Positions 18,117 to 28,034 of a stretch of DNA of 44,896 nucleotides are shown here, piece by piece. The stretch spans positions 1-44,896 of the forward strand of contig JBAXBA010000025.1 in NCBI GenBank assembly GCA_037142195.1, in the 5' to 3' direction. How positions within the stretch are numbered: the stretch's first letter is position 1; each line of letters begins with the position of its first letter. The notes under the pieces are model-generated. The model was given only the letters and a program-made list of their open reading frames with translations, had not been told where the DNA came from and ran no database searches. The stretch is from Pseudomonadota bacterium. GTDB lineage: Bacteria; Bdellovibrionota_B; Oligoflexia; Oligoflexales; CAIMVM01. Both the position numbers and the translations under genes were made by a program.

Positions 18117-19343
18117 TTATTTTTTGTAAACTCTTAAGCGTACAGCTTCAATTTTCTTGGCAATGGTATCGATGTCATCGGGACGGGCCATAAGCTCTAC
18201 AAAACTGTCCATTCCAGCTTTTGCAACTTCCGGATCAGCGTCTCGATCAAAGAATTGGCTAACGTTTTTAGCGTGACTCAGGGTTTCAATCCCTGCCTTT
18301 AAAAAACGGTCTCCACCATCTGTTTTAGAGGTCGAGTTTGTTGGCATAAGTTTGACGCTTTGATTGAACTTTTGCTGTGTTTCTGGCTTTGCAAGAAAGG
18401 CCAGAAATTTCTTTGCTTCTGCTTTATGAGCAGCTTTCGCGGGTATAAAATAGACGTCCACAGGAGCAACTTCAGCATTGGGAACTTCTGGATTAAGTGT
18501 AGGGAAGGGGAAAAAACCAATTTGGTCATCGATGTTTTTAGGAATTTGCGTGGTAATGAAGTTGCCCATTAAATACATGGCAGCCTTACCTTGCCACAAT
18601 AACGCACTGGCCTCTTGCCACGAGATGGCTGCAGCACTTTTATTAAATGCATTCGACTTAATAAGGCTCTGCCATACTTCAAAAGTCTTTTTGACTTTTG
18701 GTCCTAAATAGGACTCGGTCCCTGCCATTAAACTCATATGAAACTTGTATCCATGGATTCTCATGTTGAGATAGTCAAACCATGCAGCAGCAGGCCAGCC
18801 GTCTTTTATGCCAATGGCGATCGGGGATATAGATGCTTTGTTGAGCTTTTCAATAATTGCCGTAAATTCAGCCCAAGTCTTGGGAGGTGTTTTAACGCCT
18901 ACTTTTTCAAAGATGTCTTTTCGATAATAAAATCCCCAATTGTAATAGGAAAGGGGCATGAGGTATTTTTTCCCATTAAAGGTAACGACGTCTTTAATGG
19001 AATCAGAAAACTGCTTGTCAATTCCAGTCCAGACATCATCGATAGGTTCCACTAAGCCTTTATCTATAAAATATCTCGCGCGATTTCCCGCAAACCATGT
19101 GGCAATATCGGGAGCTTTATTAGGTAGCCAAGTTCTAATCTGAACTTTATAAGCTTCATGGCTTGTCGTGTTTAATACGACTTTTATGTCGGAATTTTCT
19201 TTCTTGAAATCCTCTAATAGTTGAGCGAAAGCCTTTTTGACATCGGGATCCGAATGCATCGAATTGATAATCAAGTCTCCTGCATTTGCTGTCGAGGAAA
19301 GGAACAAAATAAATGCCCATGTCTTTGCTTTGAAAGTGCTCAC
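18117..19343 (-). CDS. Carbohydrate ABC transporter substrate-binding protein
   Basis: Signal peptide, FYYRKDIFEKVG-PPKTWAEF, GKAAMYLMG; GTG start with GGAG SD. Confidence 0.92.
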   Translation of the reverse strand: MSTFKAKTWAFILFLSSTANAGDLIINSMHSDPDVKKAFAQLLEDFKKENSDIKVVLNTTSHEAYKVQIRTWLPNKAPDIATWFAGNRARYFIDKGLVEPIDDVWTGIDKQFSDSIKDVVTFNGKKYLMPLSYYNWGFYYRKDIFEKVGVKTPPKTWAEFTAIIEKLNKASISPIAIGIKDGWPAAAWFDYLNMRIHGYKFHMSLMAGTESYLGPKVKKTFEVWQSLIKSNAFNKSAAAISWQEASALLWQGKAAMYLMGNFITTQIPKNIDDQIGFFPFPTLNPEVPNAEVAPVDVYFIPAKAAHKAEAKKFLAFLAKPETQQKFNQSVKLMPTNSTSKTDGGDRFLKAGIETLSHAKNVSQFFDRDADPEVAKAGMDSFVELMARPDDIDTIAKKIEAVRLRVYKK

Positions 19344-19912
19344 TAAATTAGTCTCCGTTTTGGATACAATTCCTTTAGAATTGCGAATTTAAAAAATCAT
19401 TCAAAAAGGTGCTGATCGTGATTCTCGCATGAATTGCATGGATGCTCAACATGCCGAGTGTGAAATGTATCAACAAATATCAATTTAAGTGGCTGTAGGA
19501 TGCTCCATGAAATAGGCCAAAAAATATCTTAGATCCTCATGATACTTCGAAGTGTTTTGGAGGAAGTGGATTCCTGAGCGACACTAAAAGGAGTACATGG
19601 CTCTTTTGGCTAAAAATGAGCCGATTTGTTGCACGGGACGACTCTTTAGTGGGCAGCCATTACGGAGAGCTTCGGTGATGTTTTCCTAACAAAAAGCATA
19701 TCTCAGACTTTAGTTGTGCAGATCTTCGAAATTCTGACAATTAAGGTGCTAGGCGTGTCGCTTATCTGTTTTTACTAAGTTTTAAGTTGGCCGAGATTAA
19801 GGAGCGATTGAAGCTAGAAAAAATGGACTTATTAAAATGTTAACTCATTTTATCCAGGCTGATTTGAAATGATCCGCATCGCGTCTCCAGCATTCCGTTA
19901 GAGAACTTGCGG

Positions 19913-20644
19913 CTATTTATAGAATGGTTGAGGCCCAAAACGCGAATGAATTTCCAATTTTGTTTCGTAAAGTAAGCTCAAACGTTCTTCGGTCATGATG
20001 GTTTGAGTTGGGCCTTGGGCAATTACATTCCATTCATTCATAAGCCAAAGATGATCTGAATAATGCCAGGCTAGCCTAAGGTCGTGCATGGCAATGAGTA
20101 TCGTTTTTGTTGCAGAGGCTTTTTTCAACACATTCATGATGGTTTGTGTAGCTTTAATATCCAAATGGGCAGTCGGCTCATCCAATAGAAGGTAGGGGGT
20201 CTCTTGATTGAGAGCCCTAGCTACCATTACTTTTTGCCTTTCGCCGGCAGATATTTCCGTAATGCACTTATTTTCTAAATGTAAAGCGTCCAGGTTGGAA
20301 AGGAGCTCCCTAGATGCAAAAAGGTCATCTCGCGACGGGTATCCGCCATGGATAGGGTATCTTCCGAGGAGAAGAATATCAATGACGCGAAAGGAACTAG
20401 GGATATCCATTTGGTCAGGACACCAAGCCACAGTTTTCGCTTTCAGGTGTAAAGGCTTTGCTAGGGGAGCGCCATTAAAAAGAATCTCACCACTGAGATT
20501 TTTATGGATACCAGCAATGGTTCGAAGCAAGGTTGTTTTGCCTGACCCATTTAAGCCTATTAGACCCGTTAGATTCCAGGCCTTAAGATTTGGCACTGTA
20601 GAGGGGCTATTTTCTTTGAGGCTAAAGTTGAGGAGTTCAAGCAT
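19913..20644 (-). CDS. Cobalamin/Fe-siderophore ABC ATPase (BtuD/FecE-like)
   Basis: Walker A GLNGSGKTT, signature ISAGERQK, Walker B LLLDEPT. Confidence 0.9.
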   Translation of the reverse strand: MLELLNFSLKENSPSTVPNLKAWNLTGLIGLNGSGKTTLLRTIAGIHKNLSGEILFNGAPLAKPLHLKAKTVAWCPDQMDIPSSFRVIDILLLGRYPIHGGYPSRDDLFASRELLSNLDALHLENKCITEISAGERQKVMVARALNQETPYLLLDEPTAHLDIKATQTIMNVLKKASATKTILIAMHDLRLAWHYSDHLWLMNEWNVIAQGPTQTIMTEERLSLLYETKLEIHSRFGPQPFYK

Positions 20645-21611
20645 AGGGTTTATCCCTCTTGTAGAGGAGCCATAGGAAGAAGGGAGAGCCTATCAAAGTA
20701 GTTACAACGCCTACCTGCAATTCTTCAGGGCCGATAACTGTGCGCGCCAGGAGATCTGTTAAAAGCAAAAAGGAAGCGCCATTTATCATACTTCTTCTTA
20801 GCAGCTGGTGGTGTTTAGGTCCCAATTGAATTCTTGAAATATGCGGAATCACTAAACCCACAAAGGGCACCGCGCCTGCAGCAGAAGTTACGGCACCAAT
20901 CAAGAGACCAGAAATGAGGACTGTAATAGTGCGTAGGCTATCGATATCTATGCCAAGGGTTTGAGCGACATCGTTGCCTAAAGCTATTGCATCCAGTTTG
21001 GCGCACAAAGGGAACAGTACTAGGCTAGCTATGAAGACAGCTCCACCTATATAAAAAACTTCAGGCCAGCCACTATTTGAAAATCCCCCCATGAGCCAGT
21101 GAAGGAGCATTTGTGACTTCATGGGAAGGGAAGTCGAAAGATTCAGAACCAGGCTCGTGAGACCGCCTAGCAGTGTGGTGAGGGCAAACCCAATGAGCAA
21201 GAGATCGCCTGTCGACTTAAATCTCTTCCTTTGGATAAGGACTACAAATGCAGTAACCAGGGAAGCACCGAGGGAAGCCGCAACAGGTATGCTGACGGGA
21301 AACAAGAGAGTGGGCAAAAAGAATATCACTAAACTTCCGCCCAATACTGCCGCAGAATCCACTCCGATAAGGCTGGGACTTGCAAGGGTATTTCTAAAAA
21401 TTCCTTGAGAAATAACACCGGCAGCTGAAAGCGCCATTCCGGAAAAAAAGACAGAGGCTACTCGTGGGGCCCGAATGTTAAAAATAATCTGGAGGGTCTC
21501 TTCTGTCAATCTGCCGCGAGCTGCCTCGAAGATCCAGGAAGGTTCCGTCCCATAGCCAAAAAGAAGGGATAGGAGCAAGGAAAAAATAAGAAAACCTAAA
21601 GCTTTGCTCAT
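20637..21611 (-). CDS. FecCD/BtuC family ABC permease
   Basis: IRAPR, QGIFRNTLASP, FVGLVIPH, GSPFFLWLL. Confidence 0.92.
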   Translation of the reverse strand: MSKALGFLIFSLLLSLLFGYGTEPSWIFEAARGRLTEETLQIIFNIRAPRVASVFFSGMALSAAGVISQGIFRNTLASPSLIGVDSAAVLGGSLVIFFLPTLLFPVSIPVAASLGASLVTAFVVLIQRKRFKSTGDLLLIGFALTTLLGGLTSLVLNLSTSLPMKSQMLLHWLMGGFSNSGWPEVFYIGGAVFIASLVLFPLCAKLDAIALGNDVAQTLGIDIDSLRTITVLISGLLIGAVTSAAGAVPFVGLVIPHISRIQLGPKHHQLLRRSMINGASFLLLTDLLARTVIGPEELQVGVVTTLIGSPFFLWLLYKRDKPYA

Positions 21612-22522
21612 TTTAAAGACTCACTCTTTGGGCTTTTGAGATTCGAGTCTGTATTTTGACCCATTCCGCTTAGCACTTGGTTCAAGTGGGCATAGGCAAG
21701 GCTCACAAATTGAGATGCACTGCTCAGGAGGCGGCTTGGAATCAGTAAAAGATTTCCAGTCTTTAAAGCATTGAGAATGCTCCATCCTGGTGTTTTTTTA
21801 ATGAGGAGCTCAATTGATTTTTGATCTTTGCTTTCACCACTGGCGACAATATAGTCCGGATGCCTCAACGCAATGCTTTCCGCGGAAAGTTTCGGCCATC
21901 CCGTTTCAGTTACTACGTTTTCCAGGCCCAAACGCATCATGAGGGAATCCAAGATCGTCTTTTTACCTAAAGAAACCCCAGAGGCATCAAAAGTAATAAA
22001 GGTAGTATTCTTTTTCTTTTGCTGAGGCATTTGCCGTTGCATCCCTTCGACCATCTGGCGAGATTTTTCCTCCAAATGCAGGACCTTTCCCATGAGTACA
22101 ATATTGGCCTGAATATCTTCAATAGAGTTAAAGTCGGAAATCGTAAAGGTGTGAATTCCCAACTTCGATAATGTTTTTTGGAGTTCAGGTCGATTCCATG
22201 AAGCCAAAAAAACTACATCTGGCCTAATCTTAGCGATGGACTCGGGATTGGCACCAATACGATGGGGGATTTGCTGAGCTAAAGCTGCAATATTTGAGTA
22301 CTCTTTGTCATCTGCAACACTCGATATCGCTACAAGCTTTACTTTAGTATCTTTAACCAGCTCGATCAGGATTTCGTCACCAGCGAGAAATGAGCTCGCC
22401 ACTGTAGAGGGTGTCATGTCGCTCACCCAATTTCGACCAGCCCCATCTTTTAGCATCGAATCAGCTAAGGCAGAAAATGAGCACAGTCCTAAAGCTGATA
22501 ATGCAAGCTGCATCCCTCTCAT
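21608..22522 (-). CDS. BtuF-like periplasmic substrate-binding protein
   Basis: Signal peptide, NPESIAKIRPDVV, SAESIALRHPDYI; in operon with permease and ATPase. Confidence 0.82.
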   Translation of the reverse strand: MRGMQLALSALGLCSFSALADSMLKDGAGRNWVSDMTPSTVASSFLAGDEILIELVKDTKVKLVAISSVADDKEYSNIAALAQQIPHRIGANPESIAKIRPDVVFLASWNRPELQKTLSKLGIHTFTISDFNSIEDIQANIVLMGKVLHLEEKSRQMVEGMQRQMPQQKKKNTTFITFDASGVSLGKKTILDSLMMRLGLENVVTETGWPKLSAESIALRHPDYIVASGESKDQKSIELLIKKTPGWSILNALKTGNLLLIPSRLLSSASQFVSLAYAHLNQVLSGMGQNTDSNLKSPKSESLK

Positions 22523-22770
22523 GAATCCTCAGTCTCAATGGTTCAGGAAATAATTGCCTAATAACCGCCTTCGAACGGCTTCCCTGAAAGTTTGTCTAAA
22601 AATAGGCTTTTTACCCAAGAAATACAAGCTGTTCGGCAGATTTATTACCAACGCTTCATAAATTAGTAAGGCTGGGGAGTTGTTTCCGCAGAAATCAAGA
22701 TGCTAAAATAAAAAAAAGGCAGCGAGTAAAGCTGCTCTCGCCCGACGGCGGGTATGACTTGGAGGTCATA

Positions 22771-23619
22771 ATGGGTTTGCGGATAGCAACAAACGTATCT
22801 TCGGTGAATGCACAGCGACACTTGCGAGAGACACGGGGTCTCTTGGACAGGTCTCTTGAGAGATTGTCTTCAGGCTATCGAATCAATCGAGCTGGAGATG
22901 ATGCCGCTGGATTAGCTATCTCTGAGAAACTCAGGGCGAAAACCCGGGGGCTTGTTCAGGCGGAACGAAATGCCAATGACGGTATATCGTTGATCCAGGT
23001 GGCTGAAGGCGGTCTAAACGAAGTTCAAAACATCTTGGTGCGGCTTAGGGAACTTGGCGTGCAAGCAGCTTCAGATACGATAGGGGACCGAGAAAGACGC
23101 TATCTTGATGAAGAATATCAGAATCTAAAAGAAGAAATGGACCGAATTGCCAATTCTACGGAATTTAACGGCACTTATCTATTAGACGGAACCGGCGGCT
23201 CTTTAGATTTCCAGGTAAACACCGGTGGCCTCAATCTCTTAGGTGTAGATAGAATTTCCTTTGATGCTTTCCAACTCGATGTGAATGCTGACAAACTGGG
23301 TCTTGAGGAACTGAACATTAGGGATAAATTCTCTTCTCAAAGATCTCTAACTCCTGTTGATGAAGCGATTCAAGAAGTATCTTCGATTCGTGGCCAGCTA
23401 GGTGCTCTTGAAAACCGACTTACTTCGACCATTTCCAACTTAAATATCTCGATCGAAAACATGACGGCAGCAAGATCGCGAATTAAAGATGTGGACGTTG
23501 CAGCTGAGAGCGCAGAACTGACGAGAAATAATATTTTAACTCAAGCAGGTGTATCTGTTTTAGCTCAAGCTAATAACTTACCTCAAATGGCCCTGCAGCT
23601 CCTTCAAAACCGAGGATGA
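22771..23619 (+). CDS. fliC: Flagellin (short, 282 aa)
   Basis: LERLSSGYRINRAGDDAAGLAISE, RSRIKDVDVAAE, SVLAQAN; GGAGG SD before ATG 22771. Confidence 0.97.
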   Translation: MGLRIATNVSSVNAQRHLRETRGLLDRSLERLSSGYRINRAGDDAAGLAISEKLRAKTRGLVQAERNANDGISLIQVAEGGLNEVQNILVRLRELGVQAASDTIGDRERRYLDEEYQNLKEEMDRIANSTEFNGTYLLDGTGGSLDFQVNTGGLNLLGVDRISFDAFQLDVNADKLGLEELNIRDKFSSQRSLTPVDEAIQEVSSIRGQLGALENRLTSTISNLNISIENMTAARSRIKDVDVAAESAELTRNNILTQAGVSVLAQANNLPQMALQLLQNRG

Positions 23620-23652
23620 TGTCGGATCTTCTAATGAGTTCTTTTTTAGAAG

Positions 23653-24558
23653 CTAAATGGAGTCCAGCCCCCATATAAATGCCCCAGCTGGCAGCTGGCG
23701 ATGGGAAAGCTGTTTCACTAGAGCCATGTAGTGATCGCTTTTTGAAATGGAAAAGGCCCTTAATGCCTCATGCCAGACTCGATCAAGGGCTGATGGGGCT
23801 AATACCATAAATTCCTCTACTCCCAAGCTTTTGAATGTTGAAGAAAACAAACTAGAAAGTGCTTGCGGACTCGTTGCGCCCCATTCATGAAAAACCCCCT
23901 GCATATCACAACCTTTTCCGGTGATCGCCCAAGCTTGAATCTTTTGCTCTGGGTCTCGTCCCAGAAATAGACCCATATCAGGTATCGTAAGGAGTTCTTT
24001 AAATTGGCTCGGGGTGCGCTTGAGAGTTAATACTTCGGGAGGACGGATAGCCATAAGTTGCTCTAGATCGATTTCACTCAAAGTACGGACATCTATTTGG
24101 TTAACGTTTAGAATGGAATTAGGGGGCGATTTATGGGCAGCCAATTGGTATCTAACTTCGCCCCCGAATTGACAAAAGCCCAGTTTTTCGTAAAAAGATT
24201 CAAGATCGCTCCAAAGCACTAGAACATCGGCACTTTCGTTACGGGCAATGCTCTCTAGGTGTCTGAACAGTTGCTTTTGTAGGCCTTGACCTCGAAAAGT
24301 TTCTTCGGTAGCCACATTGCCAATAAGAGCGGCTTTCCAAGTTTGTCCATCGAGAGCTGCAAACTCTCGATAAAGAATGTTAGCATGTACTATAGGGATT
24401 TGGTCTTTGAGGCCGGTGATACTAGAATCTTGAAGGGAAAATACTTGTGGATATTCCAGTTCAATATCGTAGTTGCTATCAGGGCGAAGACTAGACTGTA
24501 AAAGACTATGTCTTGCTACCAGTTGCTTGGGATTAAGGACTGTTTTGAATTGAAGCAT
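23653..24558 (-). CDS. GNAT family N-acetyltransferase (Eis-like N-terminal domain)
   Basis: IGNVATEETFRGQGL (motif A), FYEKLGF. Confidence 0.8.
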   Translation of the reverse strand: MLQFKTVLNPKQLVARHSLLQSSLRPDSNYDIELEYPQVFSLQDSSITGLKDQIPIVHANILYREFAALDGQTWKAALIGNVATEETFRGQGLQKQLFRHLESIARNESADVLVLWSDLESFYEKLGFCQFGGEVRYQLAAHKSPPNSILNVNQIDVRTLSEIDLEQLMAIRPPEVLTLKRTPSQFKELLTIPDMGLFLGRDPEQKIQAWAITGKGCDMQGVFHEWGATSPQALSSLFSSTFKSLGVEEFMVLAPSALDRVWHEALRAFSISKSDHYMALVKQLSHRQLPAGAFIWGLDSI

Positions 24559-24613
24559 ACTTGTCCTTCTTTGATTCGATTAATTCTATATGTTTTTATA
24601 GGAGATTTACAAC

Positions 24614-25963
24614 ATGGGAATTAGGATGAATCCTGGTCTGGCCGCCGCTGGAATTGATCCCAGTACAGTGGAACAATTAATTGAAGTTCAAAAGGCTCCT
24701 ATTGAATCAGTTAAAAGAAAACGAGCGGTCACTGAAGGAAACAAAAAAGAATATGAGAAGTTTCAAGGGCTGCTTGGAGGATTAGATACAACTCTTAGCG
24801 GTCTCAAAACAAGAGTAGATTTCTATAAGCTTAAGCTTGACTCTAGCCACCCAGATATTATTGATGGTTCGGTAACGCCAGGTGCCTTAATTGGCAACTA
24901 TGAATTTGAAGTTCGGGGAATGGCTAGAACAGCCAAAGAGTTAGCTTTAGGATTTCCAGATAAAGATGCCACTCCGGTGGGTTTTGGATATATGCAGATT
25001 CAGCGCGAGGATATGGAAGATCCTGTGGAAATAACCATTGATCCAGGAATGACTTTATCAAAAGTAGCCCAAGCTATTAACGACTCTAAGGCTGGGGTTA
25101 AGGCGATGGTTATTAATACCAAGCTTACAGATGAACCCTTTCGTCTTTTAGTCATCAGTGAAAAGTCTGGAAGAGAAGCACGAGTGAATATCGATCCTGA
25201 TACAACTTTTTTAGAATTTAAAGAACAAGTTCGCGGACAAAACCTAGATGTACTTTTTGAAGATGTTCATGTCACCGATGTTCAAAATAGACTTACGGAA
25301 CTGATTGATGGTGTTGCTCTAGATGTTAAGAAAGCTGAGCCTGGCACTAAGGTCGAAGTAAAAGTAAATTTCGACATGGACAAGACTTTTGAAGGTATAA
25401 AAGCATTCGTAGATAAATATAATGATGTTGCTAAATATATTAGTGATCAATTTCAAAAACAGTCTGATGGAAGCTATGGACCCCTTATGGGCGAGAGTTC
25501 CATTAAGACTGTAATGAGAGGTCTTCAAGAGACGCTCTATGGCAAACCATCAAGTGAAGGCCAAAAGTTCTCTAATCTAGCTGATATAGGTATTACTACG
25601 GAATCCAAAACTGGCTTATTAAAGATGGACGAATCTAAAGTTAAGCAAAGTCTTTCCGATGACTATGAAGGTGTTGCGCAGTTATTTATCCGTTCCGAGA
25701 CCTCCCAAGGTTTGGCAGATGCTCTAGCTCAAAAGCTAAGGTCGTATAGAGATCCTGGGAGTGGTGTAGTCAAGACTAGGATTAATGGTTTTGACCGCCA
25801 GATGACGACTCAGGATAAAGAAATTGAGCGGCAAACGCGCCTAGCCGAAGCCAAGGAAAACCAAATTCGCAGACAATTTGGTACTCTCTCTGGAACCCTG
25901 TCTAGCTTGAAGAATCAAGGTGATTTCCTCAAGGCAAAGATGGGCGGTGGTGGAGGCGGCTAG
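24614..25963 (+). CDS. fliD: Flagellar filament cap protein
   Basis: GIDPSTVEQLIEVQ N-terminus, IKAFVDKYN, LADIGIT, C-terminal coiled coil; between fliC and fliS. Confidence 0.92.
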   Translation: MGIRMNPGLAAAGIDPSTVEQLIEVQKAPIESVKRKRAVTEGNKKEYEKFQGLLGGLDTTLSGLKTRVDFYKLKLDSSHPDIIDGSVTPGALIGNYEFEVRGMARTAKELALGFPDKDATPVGFGYMQIQREDMEDPVEITIDPGMTLSKVAQAINDSKAGVKAMVINTKLTDEPFRLLVISEKSGREARVNIDPDTTFLEFKEQVRGQNLDVLFEDVHVTDVQNRLTELIDGVALDVKKAEPGTKVEVKVNFDMDKTFEGIKAFVDKYNDVAKYISDQFQKQSDGSYGPLMGESSIKTVMRGLQETLYGKPSSEGQKFSNLADIGITTESKTGLLKMDESKVKQSLSDDYEGVAQLFIRSETSQGLADALAQKLRSYRDPGSGVVKTRINGFDRQMTTQDKEIERQTRLAEAKENQIRRQFGTLSGTLSSLKNQGDFLKAKMGGGGGG

Positions 25964-25989
25964 TGATCCTCTAATGCAAGGAAGTAGAC

Positions 25990-26496
25990 ATGAGTAATCC
26001 CTATCGCCAGTACCAGAAAACAGCAGTCACAACGGCCAGTAGAGAAAAAATATTACTCATGCTTTATGAGGGCGCCATAAGATTCGTTAGGCAAGGCGCT
26101 GTTGCGATGCAAGAGCGACGAATCGCAGATAAAGGCAAGTACATTTCAAAGGCTACGGCAATTATTTCAGAGCTTATGGCTACATTAGATTTCAAAGTAG
26201 GCGGACAATTAGCAGTAGATTTGGAAAGTCTTTATATTTTTATGATCGACAAGCTCATCGAAGGGAACATCAAGAACGATCTGGAGTCTCTAAATCACGT
26301 GGATAAGCTTTTAAATACCCTTTACGTTGCTTGGAAAGACGTCATCGAAAATCCACGAGCAGACGGCGTGCCTTCAGCAAAACTCCAGCCAGATGAGTTC
26401 AAGAACTATGTGGTTCAAAATGGAACCCAGGATACTGCGGCAGGGGCACAAAATAACCAAGCAGTAGTTGCCGGGCGCCTAAAGGCATCTGTTTAG
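25990..26496 (+). CDS. fliS: Flagellin export chaperone
   Basis: YQKTAVTTASREKILLMLYEGAI, LESLYIFM. Confidence 0.95.
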   Translation: MSNPYRQYQKTAVTTASREKILLMLYEGAIRFVRQGAVAMQERRIADKGKYISKATAIISELMATLDFKVGGQLAVDLESLYIFMIDKLIEGNIKNDLESLNHVDKLLNTLYVAWKDVIENPRADGVPSAKLQPDEFKNYVVQNGTQDTAAGAQNNQAVVAGRLKASV

Positions 26497-26570
26497 CACT
26501 TAATTCTTTTGATGGGTTATGAGAAAGCTTTAAGTTTTCGCGATCTCAATGCTTAAAATATTATCAGAAT

Positions 26571-26593
26571 TGCCGGATGACCTCCGGCATTTT
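26571..26593 (+). terminator. Putative intrinsic terminator after fliS
   Basis: TGCCGGA-TGACC-TCCGGCA hairpin followed by TTTT. Confidence 0.55.
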
Positions 26594-26656
26594 GCATTAT
26601 GGGTAGTGAGGTGTTTACTTCCGCAGTTAAGTTGAATCAAATACCAAGGGGGAACC

Positions 26657-27985
26657 ATGGGTATATCGCAAGCACTCTATACAGGCGTAACAGGTTTGGC
26701 AGTTAACTCAGATGGAATGGCCGTCATTGCCAACAACATCGCTAACGCCAATGCAAAAGGATTTAAGCGCGACAGGGCTGAGTTTGAGGACTTACTTTCT
26801 GTGGATTTAAATTCAGCAAACGGTCCCGCTCAAATTGGACGGGGATCAAGGCTAAGGGACGTCAAAACCATTTTTTCTCAAGGTAGCTTGAAAGTTACAG
26901 ATAGCTTGACGGACCTTGCTATTCAAGGCAATGGTTTTTTCGTAGTTCAAAATGATGGAGCAGAAGTTAGAGAGTCATCAGGACGCTACTATACGCGAGT
27001 AGGTTCCTTGCAATTTGACAAAGATGGATTCCTTTCAGATGGCCAAGGTGGCAAAATTCAAGGATACGTGGCAGATTCAAGTGGAGACTTGACCTCTCGA
27101 TTGGCAGACGTCCGAATTCAAACCGCAAATTTGCCTCCGAAAGCTACCGATGTTGTTAATTTCAATTTACAACTTGATTCACGCGCCCCACTTATGAATG
27201 ACAAAGAGTTTGATATTTCTGCTCCGATCAAGTCATCCAACTACAACACATCTATCACCGCTTATGACAGCCAAGGAACAGCTCACAATGTAACTGTTTT
27301 CTTTAGAAAAATGTCTACGGACAATGAAACCGGAACTAATTGGGAATGGCGGGCTGTTGCAGACTCTAAAGACTTAAAGAATCCCTCAGATAAGGAACTC
27401 ACTGAGATCGGAAAAGGGGAAGTTGCATTTGATAAAAATGGATTTCTAGCCGTTGAAAAGCCTATTGATTTCTCTGTGACATGGAATAATGGTTCCATTG
27501 CGAATCAGTCCATTAATTTCGATTTCGGTGTCAATAACACTGTCGAGGGAGGGAATGGCATTAATGCTTCGACTTCGATCGCCGCAGAGTCATCCACTAT
27601 TTTCCATCAGCAATCAGGTTATGAAGCAGGGAATCTTCAGTCCCTTGAAATCACGCAAAGTGGAACTGTGGAAGGTTTGTATACCAATGGTCTGAGAAGG
27701 AAACTTGCCGGTGTAGCCCTCGCAACCTTTGAAAATAAGGATGCGTTACAAAAGGGTGGACGCAATCTATTTACCTCAACAGTCAAGTCCGGCCCAGCAA
27801 AAATAGGGCTTCCGCAAACCGGTGGGAGAGGCTCTTTGTTCGCATCTTCTCTCGAAGAATCTAACGTGGACTTGGCGAGTGAATTTGTGGATATGATCCT
27901 AACTCAGAGGCTCTTTCAAGCAAATAGCCGCTCCATTACAACGACAGATACAATGATTGAAGAAGTTGTCAATTTGAAGCGCTAA
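26657..27985 (+). CDS. flgE: Flagellar hook protein
   Basis: IANNIANAN..GFK, DLAIQGNGFF, LEESNVDLASEFVDMILTQRLFQANSR; 442 aa. Confidence 0.93.
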   Translation: MGISQALYTGVTGLAVNSDGMAVIANNIANANAKGFKRDRAEFEDLLSVDLNSANGPAQIGRGSRLRDVKTIFSQGSLKVTDSLTDLAIQGNGFFVVQNDGAEVRESSGRYYTRVGSLQFDKDGFLSDGQGGKIQGYVADSSGDLTSRLADVRIQTANLPPKATDVVNFNLQLDSRAPLMNDKEFDISAPIKSSNYNTSITAYDSQGTAHNVTVFFRKMSTDNETGTNWEWRAVADSKDLKNPSDKELTEIGKGEVAFDKNGFLAVEKPIDFSVTWNNGSIANQSINFDFGVNNTVEGGNGINASTSIAAESSTIFHQQSGYEAGNLQSLEITQSGTVEGLYTNGLRRKLAGVALATFENKDALQKGGRNLFTSTVKSGPAKIGLPQTGGRGSLFASSLEESNVDLASEFVDMILTQRLFQANSRSITTTDTMIEEVVNLKR

Positions 27986-28005
27986 GTTTGATTTAATTTC
28001 ATAGG

Positions 28006-28034
28006 AATGCTGACCATGCAGGGTCAGCATTTTT
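28006..28034. terminator. Terminator between convergent flgE and gloB
   Basis: 10-bp perfect stem AATGCTGACC/GGTCAGCATT, 6-nt loop, T-run. Confidence 0.75.

Noticed and set aside
20208..20675. 155-aa antisense ORF and similar shadow ORFs across the window
   Set aside because: Antisense to well-supported genes, with no independent evidence
22523..22660. Cobalamin riboswitch upstream of the btuF-like gene
   Set aside because: Only AGGGAAGCCG resembles the motif; no GCCACTG or B12 box found
26619..26626. TTCCGCAG shared upstream of fliC and flgE
   Set aside because: A single 8-mer at different distances from the starts; compatible with chance
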